The notes under the pieces are model-generated. The model ran no database searches, was not told the origin of the DNA, and saw only the letters and a list, made by a program, of their open reading frames with translations. The position numbers and the translations under genes were made by a program. This document shows, in pieces, positions 35,503 to 44,398 of a stretch of DNA of 64,000 bases. This DNA is from Thermodesulfovibrionales bacterium (lineage in GTDB: Bacteria; Nitrospirota; Thermodesulfovibrionia; Thermodesulfovibrionales; UBA9159). Where the stretch lies: the NCBI GenBank assembly GCA_035686305.1, contig DASRZP010000050.1:3338-67337 (forward strand), written 5' to 3'. Numbering within the stretch: position 1 is the first letter of the stretch; each line of letters begins with the position of its first letter.

Positions 35503-36585
35503 TCAGCTCTGCCTGTACCCTTTGGCGACTACCGTAAAGCGGATTTTGCCGTCCACGGCGGTCTTTATGTCGGACACGATGACGCCTCTCAGGAAGTCAG
35601 AAAGCTTCGACTTTATCCTGTCCGCGTCGTCCATAGAGTTTGCTTCCCCTTTTATCGTCACAACATCCTTATCGAGGGAAATCTCGTCGAACCTGACTCC
35701 CGGGAGAGTTCTCCTTGAGAGTTCCGTCAAGAAAGGGAGCGGAGAAACTCCGGTCAGAAGTGCTTCTCTTTCCCCGAGTTCCTTCATGTGAGACTTCAAC
35801 TGGTAGAACTCATCACCTATCTTCTTATCATTCGGAAAAAGGCCGGTGTAAATGCTCCGCATTTCGTTCTTCATCGAGGCGGCCCCTTTTTTTGCAACAA
35901 TCAGTCTGAGGACGAGATCGGAATTAATCACGAGGGCCAAAAGGAGCAAAAGGGTTGCGGTCACTTTCAGCCTCTTCCTTGTCTTCTCAACATCCATTGT
36001 ATACGCAAAGGGACCCGTTCTGAGATTAATCGTTGGGGCTGCAAGCTCCTTTTTCGCAAGTTCGATCCTCTGTTCGGAACTCATCCCTTCAGGTTCCATG
36101 AGATATGGACCGAGGTTGTTCGCGCCCTTAGAGATGGCTGCGCCAAGTTCCAAGGACGTGACGGTCTGAGGGTCTATACCGAGAGAAGCGAGTCTTGTGA
36201 GTACATCCCTGAGTGTCTTCCTGTCTCCATACGCTACGAGGAGATCGGAGGCATTGTTGGTCTTTCCCAGCACCACAGAGTCAAAGACCGCGTTCTCTGC
36301 TCCACCTAAAATCAAATTGTCGAGTTCGAAAGGGATGACGCTCTTCAACTTCTCCTTGTCAGAAAAGGGGAACTGCATCAGCCTGAAATTCAACTGATGC
36401 AGGGGAAGGCTCAGGAAGAATTCGATGACGCCGTTGAGTTGACCTTCAGGAGATGACGGACCGAAATCTACTGTCTTCTCAAATTCATATCTCCCTGCAC
36501 GGCTCTTGAAGACGTGAATGGTGAGCGGCTCTTTGCCGTCCCACCTGTCCTGCATGTCAATGAATCCGGCTGTCCGTGTCAGCAC
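35503..36585 (-). CDS. gspL: type II secretion system protein GspL
   Basis: 360 aa. Actin-like N-terminal domain with an IPFELDNLIL motif, a central TM, and operon position. Confidence 0.65.
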   Translation of the reverse strand: MLTRTAGFIDMQDRWDGKEPLTIHVFKSRAGRYEFEKTVDFGPSSPEGQLNGVIEFFLSLPLHQLNFRLMQFPFSDKEKLKSVIPFELDNLILGGAENAVFDSVVLGKTNNASDLLVAYGDRKTLRDVLTRLASLGIDPQTVTSLELGAAISKGANNLGPYLMEPEGMSSEQRIELAKKELAAPTINLRTGPFAYTMDVEKTRKRLKVTATLLLLLALVINSDLVLRLIVAKKGAASMKNEMRSIYTGLFPNDKKIGDEFYQLKSHMKELGEREALLTGVSPLPFLTELSRRTLPGVRFDEISLDKDVVTIKGEANSMDDADRIKSKLSDFLRGVIVSDIKTAVDGKIRFTVVAKGYRQS

Positions 36586-36592
36586 GCTTGCA

Positions 36593-37468
36593 CTACATCT
36601 CCTTCCAGTATTCTATGGTCGTCTGTCCGCTTATTGCGACAACGCTTTCTATAACTCGCTTGATCTGGTTCTCCTCTGCAATAACCTTAATACGAAAGCG
36701 GGATGACTTCACGTCTAAATTCTGCTGGAGGGGGGGGCCGATGTCCTTCCCCACCCGGTGTATGAAATCTGAGGATATATCTGCAAAGGGCTTGCGCTCT
36801 CTCTCCTGTATAATACGTTGAGCTTCAGACGATCCTACATTAAGCGACATTATAACAGGTAATGATGCTGTATTAATATTGATGCTTACATTGTCACTTC
36901 TCCCAAAAACAGTGACGTAGGGTAACAGCTTCGAGAAGGTTTCGCTGTCGATCCCCTTTATCTCTAACAGTTCATCGGTGCTGTCCAGGAATGCATGCTT
37001 GGTGCCCTTCCTCGGGTCACTGATTCTGGGGTCACTGTTACCGAGATCCAACCAGTTGGCTATCCTGTCTGCTATGTCCTCTTTCAGCCCGAGATTCTGG
37101 GTCAGTCTCTTGAACGCATCGAGTGAATGGGGATTCCTGAGTGAATTAAGGTTGAACCGTGAAGTCTCATCCTCCACGGTGACGATCACTCTTCCGGTGA
37201 ATCCTCCCAGGATATCCTCGACCGGTATCTCGATCCTGTCAGGGTATGTATACGGGGAGAGGCTCTGGAAATCGATTATGGTCTTGACCGCCAGCGTGAC
37301 ACCCGACCTCGCCACAAAGGAGAGCCTCTGGGATTCCTTCCAGTTATTCAGGGCCGACGTGGTCGTAAACACCCCATAGGAAAACTCCGTGACCAGCGCG
37401 GTTATGAGTACGAGTATCATGAGGGTCAGGACTAAGGCGAAACCCCTTTCATCCCTCATCCTCCTCAT
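36593..37468 (-). CDS. gspK: type II secretion minor pseudopilin GspK
   Basis: MRRMRDERGFALVLTLMILVLITALV N-terminus. Start trimmed to ATG 37468, which forms an ATGA overlap with the gspJ stop. Confidence 0.75.
   Translation of the reverse strand: MRRMRDERGFALVLTLMILVLITALVTEFSYGVFTTTSALNNWKESQRLSFVARSGVTLAVKTIIDFQSLSPYTYPDRIEIPVEDILGGFTGRVIVTVEDETSRFNLNSLRNPHSLDAFKRLTQNLGLKEDIADRIANWLDLGNSDPRISDPRKGTKHAFLDSTDELLEIKGIDSETFSKLLPYVTVFGRSDNVSININTASLPVIMSLNVGSSEAQRIIQERERKPFADISSDFIHRVGKDIGPPLQQNLDVKSSRFRIKVIAEENQIKRVIESVVAISGQTTIEYWKEM
37448..37461 (-). repeat. GGATGAG/GGATGAA heptamers (minus-strand orientation) at the gspK start
   Basis: Plus strand reads TTCATCC CTCATCC. On the mRNA this segment encodes MRRMRDE. 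Confidence 0.7.
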
Positions 37469-38163
37469 ATCGTTTTCCCTATCCTTGGTCTCGCTACATC
37501 GGAAATTCTCAGAACCCCCCAAGGCTTCGAGTCTTCATTCTCAGTCCCTTTCTTCGGATTGATCTGGACCGATATGCGTATCTCGTCAGGTAAGGGTGCC
37601 TTTGTCAGTCCGCTGTCCCAGGTCTTTATCCATTTGTCATTGTATCTTGCCTCAACGGTAAAGGACTCTATGTCCTCCATCAATTCGATGCTCTTTGTCT
37701 CGGCGGGTTTCGCGTAAGCTGAGATGACCTTCTTCTTGAGGGAAAGTCTTCCATCGGTCTCCTCTACCGAATAGGTGATCTGTGCAAGCCCGGGGAGCAA
37801 CGGAGAGAAGGATGTGAAGACAAGCCGGGAAGCCTGCTTTCCGTAGAAATCCCGGTCATCGAGTTTAAAGACCGTGTATGTCTTGTTGCTGTCGTAGACG
37901 GCAGATTCTATCTCCCTCTTCAGGACATCAAGAACGGTGCGGGATTCCTGAAGCCTCAGGAGCGAATCATCAAGGGCGTCAACGGCTTTGTGGGACATAA
38001 AGAAGGTGCTGTAGAGGCTGGCAATGATCACGGAGAATATCGCGAGGGCAATAAGGACTTCGAGAAGGGTAAACCCACAGCGCGTGATAAAGGATGAGGG
38101 ATGAAGGATGAAGCACGACCCTTTCGTGCGGAGGACTTCTTCTGTTCTTATGTCATCCTTCAT
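37465..38163 (-). CDS. gspJ: type II secretion minor pseudopilin GspJ
   Basis: Prepilin motif G/FTLLEVLIALAIF, preceded by an unusually long 30-aa leader. Confidence 0.75.
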   Translation of the reverse strand: MKDDIRTEEVLRTKGSCFILHPSSFITRCGFTLLEVLIALAIFSVIIASLYSTFFMSHKAVDALDDSLLRLQESRTVLDVLKREIESAVYDSNKTYTVFKLDDRDFYGKQASRLVFTSFSPLLPGLAQITYSVEETDGRLSLKKKVISAYAKPAETKSIELMEDIESFTVEARYNDKWIKTWDSGLTKAPLPDEIRISVQINPKKGTENEDSKPWGVLRISDVARPRIGKTI

Positions 38164-38165
38164 CC
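38092..38165. repeat. inverted pair of GGATGAA heptamer arrays flanking the gspJ start
   Basis: GGATGAG GGATGAA GGATGAA (38092-38112) and GTCATCC TTCATCC (38152-38165). 13 of 14 nt are complementary. Confidence 0.8.
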
Positions 38166-38537
38166 TTTCTTCCTGATCAGCTCCGAGATTGAAACATCTT
38201 CCTTCCCATTCCTGACGATAACGGCTATCTCAGTCATCCCGGGGAATGATGAAGCCTTTACCGATGTTTCGTAGAAAAATGATGAAAAGGGTACGGGAAA
38301 TGAGCCTTTGCTCTCTGAGGGGTTCTTCTCCATATCATAGAGCTTTTCCTTTGCAAGGCCCATGGACACCGTCGTAACACCGTGTCTGTCAGCTATCCCG
38401 AGATGATAGTTCAGGGTATAGATGAGAGTAACAAGGAGCCCTCCGATGACAGCAAGACTTATCATGACCTCGAGAAGAGTAAAACCCCTCCTCGCAAAAC
38501 GTTGCACATGAGACAGCTCGAAATCATTACCTATCAT
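38160..38537 (-). CDS. gspI: type II secretion minor pseudopilin GspI
   Basis: RRG/FTLLEVMISLAV prepilin motif. An in-frame GTG at 38507 would give an 8-aa leader. Confidence 0.75.
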   Translation of the reverse strand: MIGNDFELSHVQRFARRGFTLLEVMISLAVIGGLLVTLIYTLNYHLGIADRHGVTTVSMGLAKEKLYDMEKNPSESKGSFPVPFSSFFYETSVKASSFPGMTEIAVIVRNGKEDVSISELIRKKG

Positions 38538-38974
38538 TCGTTTGTTACGACCCTCACCCTTCCGCTCATAGCATTGAAGGCGACTGATACGTTCTTCCCA
38601 TCATCTCTCAAGTCAAATTGAAGACTCTCTGAGGCGCCTGAGGGTCCGAAAAAGACGGTCACTTCTCCTTCGGATATTTTCCCTTTTGACTGTGTTTCGA
38701 CGTCCGAGAGGCTGCTGAACCTCTCTCTTTTCTCTCCGTCAGGTCCATTATACTCTATCAGTTTGTCGGAGAATAAGACCTTCAGGAAAAATCTGTCCTT
38801 TGTGGCTATGGCGCTGTCGTTCAGGTATCTCATGACGGATGCAAGCCTCCTTGCATCGGACTTCATCCTGCCTTCGTCAAGTTCGGTGAAGGAGGGCAGG
38901 GATAGGGCAAGGACGATGGAAACGATGAAGATGGCGATGATGAGCTCCAAAAGGGTGAAGCCCTGATATTTCAC
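38534..38974 (-). CDS. gspH: type II secretion minor pseudopilin GspH
   Basis: MKYQG/FTLLELIIAIFIV prepilin N-terminus. Confidence 0.75.
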   Translation of the reverse strand: MKYQGFTLLELIIAIFIVSIVLALSLPSFTELDEGRMKSDARRLASVMRYLNDSAIATKDRFFLKVLFSDKLIEYNGPDGEKRERFSSLSDVETQSKGKISEGEVTVFFGPSGASESLQFDLRDDGKNVSVAFNAMSGRVRVVTNE

Positions 38975-39453
38975 TGCATCTCCCAGCTCTTGATGTCGGC
39001 ATTTACCCCTTCGCCGCCCTCCTTGCCGTCCGCTCCGTAACTCATGATGTCGAAGTCGCCGTGGAGCCCGGGCGATACATAGACATAGGGATTGCCCCAG
39101 GGATCGAGAGGTATCTTTTTCTGCTCGAGATACCCTCCTTCCCGGTACTTCGCGGGGAGTTTTCCTGATGTCGGCATCTGGACGAGGGACTCAAGGCCCT
39201 GCTGGGTGTCAGGATAAAAACCATTGTCCATCTTGAAGAGTTTCAGAGCCGTCTCGAAATTCCTTATCTGGACCTTTGCCTCAGCGATGCGCGCATCGTC
39301 TGTTCTCCCGATGATCCTTGGAGCAACGATTGCCGCAAGAATGCTCAGGATAAAGACGACAATAATCACTTCAAGGAGGGTAAACCCTGTATGGGCATGA
39401 GAGGTTGCAGGTCGCAGATCACAGGTTGTTACACTGTTCTTCTCTTTTTTCAT
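38971..39453 (-). CDS. gspG: type II secretion major pseudopilin GspG
   Basis: G/FTLLEVIIVVFILSILAAIVAPR...AKVQIRNFETALKLFKMDNGFYP is classic GspG sequence. The leader is 23 aa. Confidence 0.85.
   Translation of the reverse strand: MKKEKNSVTTCDLRPATSHAHTGFTLLEVIIVVFILSILAAIVAPRIIGRTDDARIAEAKVQIRNFETALKLFKMDNGFYPDTQQGLESLVQMPTSGKLPAKYREGGYLEQKKIPLDPWGNPYVYVSPGLHGDFDIMSYGADGKEGGEGVNADIKSWEMQ
39407..39427 (+). repeat. tandem heptamer array GCAGGTC/GCAGATC/ACAGGTT
   Basis: Read directly. Lies inside the gspG leader-peptide codons, where it encodes CDLRPAT. Confidence 0.7.
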
Positions 39454-39466
39454 GATCTTCGTCTCC

Positions 39467-40642
39467 TTACTTGATCAGCTGGTTCAACTGGAACATCGGC
39501 AGCAGTATGGCAAGCACGATGAATCCTACGACGAGGCCCATCAAGACTATCATTGCAGGCTCAAAGAGGGAGACCGCCTGATTGATCCTCCTCGTGAACT
39601 CTTCCTCATAGGCGTCTGCTGCCCTGCTGAGGGTTTCTGGGAGCCTGCCGCTCTTCTCTCCTGTCGAGATGAGCTGTACGAATACCGGCGGAAGGTTCTC
39701 AAGGGATGCGGAAAGCCGCTGCCCTTCGGCGACCCTTTCGGCGCCCCTCAGGACCGAGGCCTCGAGTTCACGATTCCCCGTCGATTTTGCGGAAAGACCG
39801 AGGGCTTTCAACATCGGCAGTCCTCCGCCGAGGAGGAAAGCCAGCGTCCTCGCAAATCTGGCATGGTAGAGACTCTGTATGATGTTCCCGGGTATCTTGA
39901 GGATAAGCCTGTCCACGAAGAGCCGGTGATTCCTTACGAACTTCCTGACAGAGAGCGAGAGAGCCACTGCGAAGCCGAGCAGCACCCACCAGTATCTGAT
40001 AAATATGTCACTGATAACGATGAGGACAACGGTCACAAAAGGCAAGGCGTTCTTCGTGTCCTTGAATATCTTCACGATCTTTGGAACGACAAAGGTGAAG
40101 AGGAAGGAGAGTACGACAATGCTCACCCCCATCATAAAGACCGGGTAGAGCATTGAAGAGCGGACCTTTGACTTTACGGTATTCTGTTTCTCAAGGAAGT
40201 CCGCGAGCTTCTGGAGGACCCTGTCGAGATTGCCGCTGTCCTCGCCGGCCTGGACCATGTTCCGGTAAAATTCCGGGAAATGGTCACTGAATTCTTCGAG
40301 GGCCCTGGAAAGACCGACTCCTCCGGAAAGGCGTTCTTTAACTGCCAGGAGCATCTCTTTATAAAAGCCGTGGTGCTCTGCCGCAAGGGAAGCAAGGGCG
40401 TCCATGAGAGGGACACCTGCCGACAAGAGCGTCGAGAGCTGCCTCGTCATGTTCGGGAGGAAGGTCTCGTCGATGCGCTGGAAGAACCTCTTCTTCCTCT
40501 TGATGCCGGGTTCCGTGATCTCACTCGGAAAGATTCCCTCAGCCTTAACCTGCGACAGTGCGTCACTCATGCCTGACGCCTCTATGATACCTCCTGCTTC
40601 GGTACCGTCAGGCCTGTATCCTCTGTAACGAAATATCGGCAT
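39467..40642 (-). CDS. gspF: type II secretion inner-membrane platform protein GspF
   Basis: 391 aa. Duplicated T2SSF domains and three TM segments. Confidence 0.85.
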   Translation of the reverse strand: MPIFRYRGYRPDGTEAGGIIEASGMSDALSQVKAEGIFPSEITEPGIKRKKRFFQRIDETFLPNMTRQLSTLLSAGVPLMDALASLAAEHHGFYKEMLLAVKERLSGGVGLSRALEEFSDHFPEFYRNMVQAGEDSGNLDRVLQKLADFLEKQNTVKSKVRSSMLYPVFMMGVSIVVLSFLFTFVVPKIVKIFKDTKNALPFVTVVLIVISDIFIRYWWVLLGFAVALSLSVRKFVRNHRLFVDRLILKIPGNIIQSLYHARFARTLAFLLGGGLPMLKALGLSAKSTGNRELEASVLRGAERVAEGQRLSASLENLPPVFVQLISTGEKSGRLPETLSRAADAYEEEFTRRINQAVSLFEPAMIVLMGLVVGFIVLAILLPMFQLNQLIK

Positions 40643-40648
40643 CCTTCG

Positions 40649-42175
40649 CTATCCTTCCACGTAATCTTTTTGCGTGACCCTCAATACCTCCTCGAGGGTC
40701 GTTTCGCCGTTCAGCGCCTTGCGGAGACCGTCAAGATAGAGGGTCTTCATGCCCCTTGAGAGAGCAGCATCTTTGATGGATTGCGCCTCGCGGCTTGCGG
40801 TGATCATCTGTCTTACTTCACTGTCGATGGGGAGCAGTTCGAAGATGCCGGTTCTGCCGCTGTAGCCGGTCCCTTTGCATCTCTCACACCCTTCCCCCCT
40901 GAAGAGAGTGAGAGGTGAAGAGTGCGTGAATGACGAAAAATAGGTGGCCTCAGAGGATGCGGGCTCGTAGGCTCTCCTGCAATTCGGACAGATCTTCCTC
41001 ACGAGTCTCTGGGCAAGGACTGCCACAAGGGATGATGCAACGAGAAAGGGTTCCATGCCCATGTCCACAAGCCGGGTAATGGCAGAGGCAGCGTCATTCG
41101 TATGGAGGGTGCTCAGGACGAGGTGGCCGGTGAGAGAGGCCTGAATGGCGATCTCCGCTGTCTCCACATCACGGATCTCACCAACCATGATGACGTCCGG
41201 GTCCTGTCTCAGGATGGACCTCAGTCCCGACGCAAAGGTGAGGCCGATCTTCGGATTTACCTGTATCTGACCGATGCCCTTCAGCTGATATTCAACGGGG
41301 TCTTCGACAGTGATGATATTCTTCTCTTCCGTATGGACCTTGTTCAATGCCGCATAGAGGGTGGTTGTCTTTCCACTTCCCGTTGGGCCCGTAACAAGGA
41401 TGATGCCGCTCGTTCTGGCCAGGAGCTCCTCAAAACGCTTTCCGTCAGTTTCATCGAGACCGACCTCATAGAGGCCCTTGATCCCCTGCTTTCTATCGAG
41501 CAATCGTAATACCGCCCTTTCCCCCAGTGATGTCGGGACGATGGATACTCTGATGTCGATATCCCTTCCCCCGATGAGAAGGCGTATCCTCCCGTCCTGT
41601 GGAAGTCTCTTCTCCGCGATATCCATGCTTGCCATGATCTTCACCCTGCTGATGAGGGCGTCCTGGATGATCTTGGGAGGCGTAAGGACCTTCCTGAGAA
41701 TGCCGTCTATCCTCATCCTCACGTCGAGTTCCTTCTCATAGGGCTCTACGTGGATGTCGCTGGCCTTCTCTTTCACGGCCTGCTGGAGGAGGGCGTTCAG
41801 GAGGCGTATGATGGGCGCCTCCTCCGTCAGTTCGAGGAGGTCTTTCGGCGATTCAAACTCTGTTGCCACCGAAGAGAGGTCCTCCCCGGTGATCCCTTCC
41901 ATCACCTCCTGCGCAGTCCCGATCTGTCCGTAGACCCTGTTCATCGCATCGATGATCACGCCTTGGGGGGCCTTGAGAGGAAAGGGTTTCAAGCCGTATC
42001 TTCCGGCTATCTCAAGGAGTGCCAAGACTCCCTTATCATCGGAGACAGCTGCCCTGAGGAATCCATCCTCCTTTCTCAGAGGCATGAGGAGATTGTTCCT
42101 GAGGAAGGAGAGGGGGATCTCCTGGAGAAGGGAACTGTCGATGTCTTCGTCTCTTATGGTCTCAAGGGATTGCAT
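40649..42175 (-). CDS. gspE: type II secretion ATPase GspE
   Basis: Walker A GPTGSGKTTT, Asp and His boxes, and a C-terminal tetracysteine CPNC...CERC. Confidence 0.9.
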   Translation of the reverse strand: MQSLETIRDEDIDSSLLQEIPLSFLRNNLLMPLRKEDGFLRAAVSDDKGVLALLEIAGRYGLKPFPLKAPQGVIIDAMNRVYGQIGTAQEVMEGITGEDLSSVATEFESPKDLLELTEEAPIIRLLNALLQQAVKEKASDIHVEPYEKELDVRMRIDGILRKVLTPPKIIQDALISRVKIMASMDIAEKRLPQDGRIRLLIGGRDIDIRVSIVPTSLGERAVLRLLDRKQGIKGLYEVGLDETDGKRFEELLARTSGIILVTGPTGSGKTTTLYAALNKVHTEEKNIITVEDPVEYQLKGIGQIQVNPKIGLTFASGLRSILRQDPDVIMVGEIRDVETAEIAIQASLTGHLVLSTLHTNDAASAITRLVDMGMEPFLVASSLVAVLAQRLVRKICPNCRRAYEPASSEATYFSSFTHSSPLTLFRGEGCERCKGTGYSGRTGIFELLPIDSEVRQMITASREAQSIKDAALSRGMKTLYLDGLRKALNGETTLEEVLRVTQKDYVEG

Positions 42176-42178
42176 AGT

Positions 42179-44398
42179 TCACTTTATCGTGGGCATTTTC
42201 AGCATATAATTCGGCTCGGCATACTGGACCTCGGGAAGGGCCGAAAACTCCTTGACCGCGTCTTCCACCGATAAACCTTTTGGCAGCTGGATATGGTAGA
42301 CCATCGTCCCCTCAATGACCCCGATGAGAGAAGCGCCCTTCAGGGAAATGATAGAGAGCGCCTCATTCTGAGTGACGCCCTCTTTGAACTTCACGAGAAG
42401 CTCACGTTCCGCAAAGCTTTGTGAAGCAACGGCAAACTCAGTCTGTTTCTTTTTTGTTATTTCTGCTAGCCTCTCGGACTCCTTGATGATGTGGGGATTG
42501 AGGAAGACGATCAGATTCGTCTTCGATTTCGAGGTGGTCTTTGACTGGAAGAGTTGTCCGACAAGAGGGATATCCCCGAGCAGGGGCACCTTTGTTATCT
42601 GTGCCTCATCGTTGTCCTGGAGCAACCCGCCGATGACGACGATCTCGTTATCCTTCACAACGACGGCTGTCTTGGTAGAGCGCTTATTGATGGTAGGACC
42701 GACGCTGACCGTAATCTGAGTGGACTGATTCACGACTGCTGAATTCTCCAGGTAGATGTCGAGTTTGACATGGTCTCCTTCGGTGATCTGGGGCGTGATC
42801 TTCAGAATAATGCCGACATCCTGCCTCACAATGGAATTGACAACCCCCTGGACTGACGTGCCCGTCGTTGTGACGCCCAGGCCGGTAGTTGTTGAGCTCT
42901 GCGTTATGAACGGCACATTCTGCCCGACGAGAATCTCTGCCTCCTTATTGTCCGAGGTGAGTACTTGGGGAGTTGAAAGGACATTGATTACATCGTTGAA
43001 CTCGTTTAACTGAAAGAGGACTGCAAAGCCGGGGATCGAAAGTGTCGTTGTGGTAGGGTTGCCATTTTGATCGGTCGTAGTAATCGGTATATTAAGGAAG
43101 TTCCCCAATCCACCGAGGGTCGCGCCTTGAAGCCCCTGGACTATGCCCTGAATTGCAGCGTTGTCTATCGTTCCAAAGCCGCCTATCGTCACAGGGTTCC
43201 CGCCGACTTTCGCCGTTGCCCTCCATTGCGCGCCCAGTTCCTTCAACTTATTTACGGTCGCCTCGATGATCATCGCCTCGACATAGACCTGTCTGCGCCT
43301 CTTGTCGAGTTGCCTGATCACCTGGGCGATGTTCTGATAGTCAGCGGGGGAAGCAACGACAATCAGGGAATTTGAGGCCTTGTCGGCAGTGATCGTTATG
43401 CCGCCGGCTGCCTCAAAGGGGGTTACCGGCGGCGTTCCCGGCTGGGTCTGGCGCTGTGTCTGGGCGCCTCTGATAATGCCCTCAAGAACCTTTGCAAGGT
43501 CAGTGGCGTCTGCGTTTTCGAGGAAGTATACGTTGATCCTTCCCTGCGCTCCGGGGGCAGGGACATCAAGGAGTGCGATGAGAGACTTCATTGATTCCCG
43601 CATACCCTTATCGCCAAAGAGGACCACTGCATTCAGACGGGGGTCTGCCACCGCCTTTGCCTCTTCCCCTGTCATAGGTTGAGGTGTGGCCTTCGTCTTG
43701 CGCATGCCGTCGGTGAGGATCTTTGCGACGGTATCGGCACTCGAATACTGGAGAAAGACGATCTCGGGCCTTTCCATGAGAGAGGGCTGGTCAATAGTCT
43801 CGACGAGTGAAAGGATCTTGTCAACGTTGAGCCCGGAATCGATGACGAGGAGGAGGTTACCAGGGCCGAAGGCAGAGACGTATCCGTCCTTTGATATCAT
43901 GGGCTGGACAAACTTCAGGGCGTCATCGGATGATATGTTCTTCAACGGGATGACCCGGGCGATGTAGCTCTCATTTACCGGTTTCCTTTCACTCTCGATC
44001 CTGAGCCCCCGCTGCTTCGCCTCGGCAGAGGGGATGATCTTGTAAGCGTTGATCCCCGAGGGGACAACGGTAAAGCCCTTCAGTTCGAGGACAGAGGTGA
44101 AGAGGTTGTAGGCGTCATCAATGCTTAGTTTCGAGGGAGCGATGATCGTTATCTTCCCCTTGACCCGTTCGTCGAAGATGAAATTCTTCTTTGTGATCTC
44201 GCTGATGAACTTCGTAATCACCGTCAGATCTACATCGACAAAATTGAAGGTCACCTTCTGATCCTTTGATGCGTCAGCCTTCTCATCGGCAAATGAACCT
44301 GAAAACGTCAGAGATACGGCAAGGGCGGTGAGAAGAACGACGGAAAGGATGAAGGATGAAGGACGAGTTTTTTCCATGGGCTTTTCGACCTCGCTCAC
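42179..44398 (-). CDS. gspD: type II secretion secretin GspD with C-terminal subtilase-propeptide-like extension
   Basis: N0-N3 and secretin core (VPLLGDIPLVGQLFQSK...NLIVFLNPHII). The last 74 aa, ELLVKFKEG...LPKGLSVEDAVKEF..PEVQYAEPNY, resemble inhibitor I9. Confidence 0.85.
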   Translation of the reverse strand: MSEVEKPMEKTRPSSFILSVVLLTALAVSLTFSGSFADEKADASKDQKVTFNFVDVDLTVITKFISEITKKNFIFDERVKGKITIIAPSKLSIDDAYNLFTSVLELKGFTVVPSGINAYKIIPSAEAKQRGLRIESERKPVNESYIARVIPLKNISSDDALKFVQPMISKDGYVSAFGPGNLLLVIDSGLNVDKILSLVETIDQPSLMERPEIVFLQYSSADTVAKILTDGMRKTKATPQPMTGEEAKAVADPRLNAVVLFGDKGMRESMKSLIALLDVPAPGAQGRINVYFLENADATDLAKVLEGIIRGAQTQRQTQPGTPPVTPFEAAGGITITADKASNSLIVVASPADYQNIAQVIRQLDKRRRQVYVEAMIIEATVNKLKELGAQWRATAKVGGNPVTIGGFGTIDNAAIQGIVQGLQGATLGGLGNFLNIPITTTDQNGNPTTTTLSIPGFAVLFQLNEFNDVINVLSTPQVLTSDNKEAEILVGQNVPFITQSSTTTGLGVTTTGTSVQGVVNSIVRQDVGIILKITPQITEGDHVKLDIYLENSAVVNQSTQITVSVGPTINKRSTKTAVVVKDNEIVVIGGLLQDNDEAQITKVPLLGDIPLVGQLFQSKTTSKSKTNLIVFLNPHIIKESERLAEITKKKQTEFAVASQSFAERELLVKFKEGVTQNEALSIISLKGASLIGVIEGTMVYHIQLPKGLSVEDAVKEFSALPEVQYAEPNYMLKMPTIK
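44347..44367 (+). repeat. tandem heptamer array GGATGAA/GGATGAA/GGACGAG
   Basis: Read directly. Lies inside the gspD signal-peptide codons, where it encodes RPSSFIL. Confidence 0.8.
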
